Source: Clostridia bacterium (GTDB taxonomy: Bacteria; Bacillota; Clostridia; TANB77; CAG-508). From it: a stretch of 42,363 nt of DNA. Location: NCBI GenBank assembly GCA_022790685.1, contig JAAVXQ010000039.1:1-42363 (forward strand), given 5' to 3'. The stretch's first letter is position 1. The number at the start of each line of letters is the position of its first letter. Positions 33,701 to 39,500 of this stretch are shown here, piece by piece. Under the pieces are notes generated by a model, which saw only the letters and a program-made list of their open reading frames with translations, ran no database searches and was not told the origin of the DNA. Position numbers and translations under genes: made by a program.

Positions 33701-36585
33701 AAGATATGAGCAAAGTAAAATCTTATTTAATAGTAGTTGATGGAAAAGTTGAACCAGGAGCTTTCTTAAAATATACTTATGGATTTGTAATTCCAGAAAA
33801 TCTACCATATGAAGGAAAAATTGTAGGAAGCTTTGGAGCATATTATAACAATATAACAGATGTGGCTGTAGTGTATGAGAGTATGAATGCTGACAAAACT
33901 GTATTAGAAACAGAAAAAGGAGCTAAATTAGAAGCAAGATTAAATGTTGATATAGGTGATGGAGCAGATATACTAGAAGAAAGAAGAATGATGTATACAG
34001 TTACAGTAATAAATTCAGGAAGTGTTCCTATATCAGATATAACAATAACAAATCCAGTACCTAGATATACATACTATACAGAAAAAGGACCTGTAAGATA
34101 TGGTGATTATGGCTTTGAAGTTAAGGATGAAAAAGAAATAAAAGAAACAGGTATTACATTAGAGCCAGGAGCAACAAAAGAAATGACATATTACTTAACA
34201 GCTCAAAAAATACCAAATTTATCATCATATTGTGCAAGTATGGGAAATTCTGGTGAAGATGAAAATGGTGTGTATTATGAAAAAGTAGTTGGAACAGAAA
34301 TAGAAAAAATACCAAATACATATGTTGATGAAAATGGAGTTGAACATACAGAATATCAAGAAGTAATAAAAGATAAAATTGAAAAAGTGTATGTTTCAGA
34401 AGTGCCAGATGTGTATATAGAAAATAAAGCAACAATAGAAACACCACTTATAGCAGATAAAATAGAGACAAATACTGTAAGAAATAGAATGAAAAAAGCT
34501 AACTTTAGTTCAAGTTTAGCAATAGATTATGATAGACTTCTAGTTAAAGGTAGTGTAACAAATTATCAATTAACATTAAGAAATATATCAGGTAGAGATT
34601 TAGAAAATGCACAGGCTATATTTAATATAGGAGAAGGATTAGTTTTTGTAAAGGGAGAAGTACAAGGCACTGATATTACAGCAGATTACAATCAAGAAAC
34701 ACATAAAATATCATATGATATTGGTAAACTAGATAAAGATAGTTCTGTAACTATTAGTACAGAAGTACAAACAATTTCAGTAGATGAAGGAAGAAAGCAA
34801 ATAAATTGCTATTTTGAATTAAAAGCAGATGATGTTGCTACTGAATATAGTACAGTAATACCTCAATATATTGTAAAACCAAAATTATCTGTAGAAGACA
34901 TGACAGCAATTAAAAATACATATGGAGAAGAAGAGGTATTTACAGTAACTACAAAGATTACAAATGTTGGAGCAGATAGTTGTAAAAATGCAACTATTGA
35001 ATGTGAAATACCAAATGCAGTAACAATAAGAAGTGTAAAAGTTTCAGGAGATTCTAATGGAACTTTAGATGCCAATATTTCAACAGGAAAATTAGAATCA
35101 AAATTACCACTAATACCACCAGATAGAAGTATTATAGTGGATATAAACTTTAAAACACAAAACTTAGCAGGTTCAGATCCATCAAAAGTTATATTAACAA
35201 GAATTATAAAAAATGAAAATCAAACAGATATAAAAATAAATCCAGTAGAATTAACTGTAGAGAACAACTTAAAAACTATGGAAGAAAAAGAAAAAGAAAG
35301 AGAAGAAGAAAGAAAGCAAGAAGAAGAAAAAAATAAAGAAGATAAAAAAGATCAAACAGATAATACACAAAATAATAACCAAAATACAAATAATTCAAAT
35401 AATAATAACTCAAACAATAACTCAAATAATAATAACTCAAACAATAACTCAAATAATAATAGTACAAATAACAATTCAAATAATAATAATAATAACACAA
35501 ATAATAACAACTCAAATAATAATACACCTACAGTTCAAGAAGAAAAAACATATATGATAAAAGGTGTAGCATGGCTTGATAAAAATGCAGATGGAGTAAA
35601 AGACGAAAATGAAGAGAAACTAAAAAATATAAAAGTATATTTATTAGATGCTAAAACAAATGCAATGATAAAATCTGCAATGACAAATTCAAATGGAGAA
35701 TATCAATTCAGTGACTTAAAAAATGGAAGATATATTGTTGGCTTTGAATTTGATATGGATAAATATAAAATAACGAGCTATAAGAAATCAGGAGTTTCTG
35801 AAGAATTAAATTCGGATGTAACTGAAGCAGCAAATGCTAGAGGAACAAAAGAATCAATAAAAGCTGTAACAAATGAAATTACTATAAATAATGCAGATGT
35901 ATCAAATGTAAATATAGGATTAAAAGATGCAAAACAGTTTGATATAGAAATAAATAAATATTTATCAAAAGCAACAGTAATAAACAAAAAAGAGACAAAA
36001 GAATACAAATATGACAAAGCAGATATAGCTAAATTAGAAATACATTCAAAACAAATAAATAATTCAACAGTAAAATTAGAGTATGATATTGTTGTTAAAA
36101 ACATTGGAAATCTTGAAGGAACAGTACAAAAAATAGTAGATAGTTTTAGCTCAGATGTTGAATTTGACGAAAAAGATAATAAAGACTGGTATAAAGGAAA
36201 TGACGGAAAGATTTATAGTAAAAACCAAGATGGATTAACTTTAAAGCCGGGTGAAGAGAAAATACTAAAACTTGTAGTTACAAAGAAATTAGATGGAAAC
36301 AGCACAGGTTCATTAAGTAATAAAGCAATTTTAGAGCAAACAAATAGTAGTTCGGGTGAAGAAGAAGAGACAAAAAATAATACAAGCACACAAATTACAA
36401 TTATAACAGTTTCTACAGGTGGAAGAACAATAACAACAATTTTAATAGCAATTTTTGGAATAGCAGTTATAGGATTTATGTATATAAGTCCAAAAGTAAA
36501 TATAAACCTAGGTGATATAGGTAAGAAAAGTTATAAAGCTAAAAAAGAAACACTAAAGAAAAAATTAAAGAAAATTTATAAATAA
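30790..36585 (+). CDS. Giant (1931-aa) secreted, C-terminally anchored surface protein with DUF11/CARDB-like repeats, an Asn-rich spacer and an SdrD-B-like domain
   Basis: Features in order:
- signal peptide (KVLILIIIFMMMFSNFGFTIKAIA);
- acidic low-complexity region;
- DUF11-like segments (MMYTVTVINSGSVPISDITITNPVP; VTNYQLTLRNISGRDL; EVFTVTTKITNVGADS);
- NNNSNNNS spacer;
- SdrD-B-like GVAWLDKNADGVKDENEEKLKNIKVYLLD...NGEYQFSDLKNGRY;
- C-terminal TVSTGG, then TM (ITTILIAIFGIAVIGFMYI), then a Lys-rich tail.
The likely true start is ATG 30799, which has better SD spacing. Confidence 0.85.
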   Translation: MEKMETKLRKVLILIIIFMMMFSNFGFTIKAIATSDEFQVISNGFFRKDEVKFSGYFENEDGKQTNEVINNAKQRAILKFNIKPQVEGYLKNANIKAVATDGTDLNFRFVSAKNMLDEINQEEEKEDTQFEVKNENKDLSEISAMNEIENTSLENSVNENQASNVINEISNDANEISNSVSKELNSNTVENSIANEISNNTVSNDVPLEEEEEFIDEEEYIKQEQETETEVEKEKLVSDVKLVNDNEISLVNILEDTTLEVVIEFNQKDEINIADLYKEISFRLTGTYINVKLEEVDIAKEQLMNIGWKYSKDIEVTSEYTKFSPFKIGEVTGIIAENKIVLARNIEDSKYLPIKNTNIEIMVPTVNGKMPMSVDVQATKLMATKGQDSGYVEFTNNNWTYDQNEGKIIINVNNDIDGKAKNSLGEDEYVIIYRFDEYTENETVRLDRNVKVTVEEYSAKENSILEKTIDDNVEIQTNKGELITYSISSSEEKINKAKIYANYNSPDAPYETEYTSNIRLNVLTSDMLEELKIDSSKEYFIDKNGTELEASGIKYKKMTFNYNDIKSTLEKGGAVEIYSLEGALIYTLTKDLVKSQDDCTINMNNEPGVIIQVRDVSANGKIDVEITKAIGRPEIDKSIFANFRRIESRITAEVKYANIEERLTLPLIGTSKEFEESYTKATLSINKPNLTTMQENENVELKIELNNDSQKSDLYVNPTFELVYPKHIKEVELESINVIYDSGLTVKHFETYRDGENLKTRIELDGIQTSFIENSMTNGTNIILNTRMKIDEYTPRKEDQIKLYYYNEGVSNYQTQTMWKVNKTIPNNILKQTNGFDVALINYQAPVGLIAINGMRNYDGEGSELRSVKQGTMTRQIQRERAEVNTTMDLLVLNNTGNECSDITMLGRVPFKGNKDVITGENLGTNIDVRLVGSIQEDSENSAKATIYYSAKADANKNLNDSSNGWTTDVQDMSKVKSYLIVVDGKVEPGAFLKYTYGFVIPENLPYEGKIVGSFGAYYNNITDVAVVYESMNADKTVLETEKGAKLEARLNVDIGDGADILEERRMMYTVTVINSGSVPISDITITNPVPRYTYYTEKGPVRYGDYGFEVKDEKEIKETGITLEPGATKEMTYYLTAQKIPNLSSYCASMGNSGEDENGVYYEKVVGTEIEKIPNTYVDENGVEHTEYQEVIKDKIEKVYVSEVPDVYIENKATIETPLIADKIETNTVRNRMKKANFSSSLAIDYDRLLVKGSVTNYQLTLRNISGRDLENAQAIFNIGEGLVFVKGEVQGTDITADYNQETHKISYDIGKLDKDSSVTISTEVQTISVDEGRKQINCYFELKADDVATEYSTVIPQYIVKPKLSVEDMTAIKNTYGEEEVFTVTTKITNVGADSCKNATIECEIPNAVTIRSVKVSGDSNGTLDANISTGKLESKLPLIPPDRSIIVDINFKTQNLAGSDPSKVILTRIIKNENQTDIKINPVELTVENNLKTMEEKEKEREEERKQEEEKNKEDKKDQTDNTQNNNQNTNNSNNNNSNNNSNNNNSNNNSNNNSTNNNSNNNNNNTNNNNSNNNTPTVQEEKTYMIKGVAWLDKNADGVKDENEEKLKNIKVYLLDAKTNAMIKSAMTNSNGEYQFSDLKNGRYIVGFEFDMDKYKITSYKKSGVSEELNSDVTEAANARGTKESIKAVTNEITINNADVSNVNIGLKDAKQFDIEINKYLSKATVINKKETKEYKYDKADIAKLEIHSKQINNSTVKLEYDIVVKNIGNLEGTVQKIVDSFSSDVEFDEKDNKDWYKGNDGKIYSKNQDGLTLKPGEEKILKLVVTKKLDGNSTGSLSNKAILEQTNSSSGEEEETKNNTSTQITIITVSTGGRTITTILIAIFGIAVIGFMYISPKVNINLGDIGKKSYKAKKETLKKKLKKIYK
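35401..35454 (+). repeat. Perfect tandem duplication of a 27-nt unit within the Asn/Ser-rich low-complexity spacer (about 35380-35525)
   Basis: AATAATAACTCAAACAATAACTCAAAT at 35401-35427 is repeated exactly at 35428-35454, in frame. Confidence 0.9.
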
Positions 36586-36597
36586 GGGGGTGAGAAT

Positions 36598-39500
36598 ATG
36601 AAACAAAAATTAATGAAAAAGATATTAATATTAACAATGACATTAATAAGTGTTGTAGGAATAGGATATACAATTAAAACATTAGCAACTGTACAGATAG
36701 GAGTATTTAATGCTGGATATAATGAAGCAGTTGTTGGAGAGCCTATTAAAATGACAATAACTCAAGAATATTCTCACTTAAGAGAACCAGATAAAAATAT
36801 AGTACCTAATCCAATAAGAAGTTTTCCAGTAAATAAAAATGTGTTTAATACAAGTCAAGATTACTTCTGTATACAACATGGTGTACCTTATGCAATAGCG
36901 GCAAATGGACAACAATCTAAAGGAACAGCTGGACAATATCTTTCTGATTCTGGAATTCAATATATTTCAGGAGAGGGATTAAGAAATGGTAAATTAGATA
37001 ATTATAATAATCCAGATGGAATTGGTTATGGAAACTATCATACAGGAGCATTTGATATAAGTTCTGATATAAAAATAAATGAAGATCCTTCTTTGTCATA
37101 TGATAGTAGAACAGCGAATACAACAGCACTTACTAATAAAGGTTTTCAAGGATATAGAGAAGATGAACCAGCAGAAACTCCTGTTGATACAGTATATTCA
37201 AATTATGTATATAAAACTAAAAAGTTTGAATTTGGATGTATTGAAAAATCAGGAGATCATTGTGAAAGAAAAGTAGAAGTACCAGAAACATTTAATTCAA
37301 CTCAAGGTGATGAAGGATTTGATGAAGGATTAGCATTTTTATTAGCCAGATATAAAATAACTCCAAGAGGCTCATATTCAAACGATCCTTTACAACATGC
37401 TGTATGGGCTACATTAGGACAATATAGTGGTGGAGAAGCTTATATTAAAGATTATGTACTAAAAGAAGCGAGAGAAAGCTTTGATAAATATCATAAAGAA
37501 GCAACAGAAAAGATGGTAGATGTAATACCAAGTGATGATGTTGGCACAGTATTATCAAATGGTAATTATGTAGTTGGACCATTTAAAATGAATGATTATA
37601 TTAGAGCAGAAGATTATAATTATACAGTAGGTGGTTCAATACATTCAAGTTATTTACCAGGAGACGAAGGAGAAGATGATGAAACAATAGATATTGATAT
37701 GCCAAAAACTCAGGAAAACTTACAAAAAATATTTTATAGGACTGATTCTAATAATCCAACAAGTATTACAGAAAAGAAAGAATTATATGGTGGTATATTA
37801 AGAGCTTGGGTTGTATTTAATGATGGAAGTATATATGAATTTGCAAAATGGGAAGATAAAAATGTTCCTGCACCAGGTAAAGAATTTAAAATAGAAATAC
37901 CAACATCAGCAGTTAATGATGGAGCAGATGAAATTATAGATATAGTATTTGAATATCAAATAATTCATGCATATGGTGAAGGTGAAACATATATAGGTAG
38001 ACAAATAAGAGTTAGTTGGAATAAAAAGCAAGATACAAGTGGAGGATGCACAGAATATAAAACAAACTATCCTGGAGAAACAGGTTTATGTTCTTATCAT
38101 GGGGTTAATGCAGGACCATTTACAAGTACTACAGGAGGATGGCAAGATACTACTCATAACCATATTCATGATTGCGATGATTTCTATCATGGACATGGAT
38201 GTGCAGGGGGACACTATAGTTCTTCTTGCCATGCTTGTAATTGTACAGGACATGGAACAGGTCCTGATAAAACATATTGCTCTTGTTCTGGTCATAAAAA
38301 GGCAGGATGCCATTGTTCGTGTCCAGGACATACATGTTCACATACTAAAAATATGTTATTCTTATGCGATCATAAACATGTTAAATGTCAAATGTTTGAT
38401 TGGCAAGCAAATAATATTTCATATGATGCATGTCAAGATGGTGCAACATTACAAGGAAAGCTTTCAAATGAAATTGTAGAATATTCAATAAAAGTAAATG
38501 TGCCATTAAAAACAGATATGTCTATATATAAATATATTAGTAAAGTAGAACATAATGATATAGCAGAGCATAAAACTTGTAACCATACATATAATGGTGG
38601 AACAGAAAGAAGAGATTGGGAAATTGCAGTAAAAGAAGCAGACCCAGTAAAAGTTGAAAGAGGAGATATTGTAACATATACAATTGAACTTGTAAATAAT
38701 TCAAAATTTCCAACCGAAGTTCTGGTGCAAGATACTCTGCCAGATGATATATTAGATGAAGATAGAAGTGACATTAGAATAAGATGGCATTATGAAACAG
38801 TTGCAAATGACTGGATTACAATACAACCATATAGTACAGAAACTTTTGAAGTAACAGTAGTTGTAGACTCAATGTCAGGAAAGTATGTAAACTCAGTTGA
38901 ATTTGTATCAACAAATGATAAAGAACCACATATGAGATATGAACATTGGGGAGATGGGGCAACACATGGACCACACGAACATGGTTGGATAGTAAACATC
39001 AACAATAAAATACAAGATGAAGATTGGTATGAAGTAAAAGAATATAAAGTAAATATTGACAAATATATTTCTGATGTAGAACATACAGAAGTAAAATCTT
39101 CATATGATTCTACAATGCCAGAAAGTGATGCTAGATCAAAATTCAATATGAGTGAAAGTGATAAACAAAAAGCACCAGTATATGTTGAATATGGTGATAT
39201 AGTTACATATACAATAAAAATATATAATACAACAAATAAGTATGATAGCTCATTTGATAGAACAAAAGCCCCACACTGGGAACCAGAAGTTGTATATGTA
39301 GATATTGAAGACACTTTACCAGTAAACTGTATATTACAATCAATAGATGTAGATGATACATATACACAAAGAGAAGCAACAAATGAACATGTATACTTAG
39401 ATGATGTTAGAGTTGAAGAAGATGCAGTTACAACAATAACAATAAAAGTAATGGTAAATGATGTAAAAAGAACAACAGTAAGAGAAAATAATGTAATAAT

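Noticed and set aside
35380-35525. Repetitive AAT/AAC/TCA array considered as a CRISPR-like or satellite repeat.
   Set aside because: It is in frame inside a coding region and encodes an Asn/Ser spacer. It has no repeat-spacer periodicity and no cas genes.
31587-36104. Numerous 60-130-aa minus-strand ORFs inside gene 1, for example 31587-31982, 34154-34447, 35276-35527 and 35778-36104.
   Set aside because: They are antisense shadows of a long sense ORF with coherent domain content. The products are low-complexity, such as the YYYY/LLLL strings opposite the Asn-rich spacer.
36583-36600. Gene 1 and gene 2 are in the same reading frame, separated by one TAA, which could suggest stop-codon read-through into a ~3850-aa protein.
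   Set aside because: Gene 1 ends with a complete TM anchor and basic tail. Gene 2 has its own strong SD and a signal peptide. Two separate products is the simpler reading.
38039-38479. 146-aa plus-strand ORF, together with minus-strand ORFs 38086-38331 and 38150-38341.
   Set aside because: The plus-strand ORF is out of frame within the 1922-codon ORF, and the two minus-strand ORFs are antisense to it. They exist only because the Cys/His/Gly codon-rich segment is locally less AT-rich and so has fewer stops. None has an SD.
38433-39314. Minus-strand ORFs 38433-38774 (113 aa) and 38790-39314 (174 aa).
   Set aside because: They are antisense to the giant ORF and Ser/Thr/Cys/Phe-rich, as expected from reading the complement of its GAA/ACA/AAA-rich codons. 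No SD or promoter is present.
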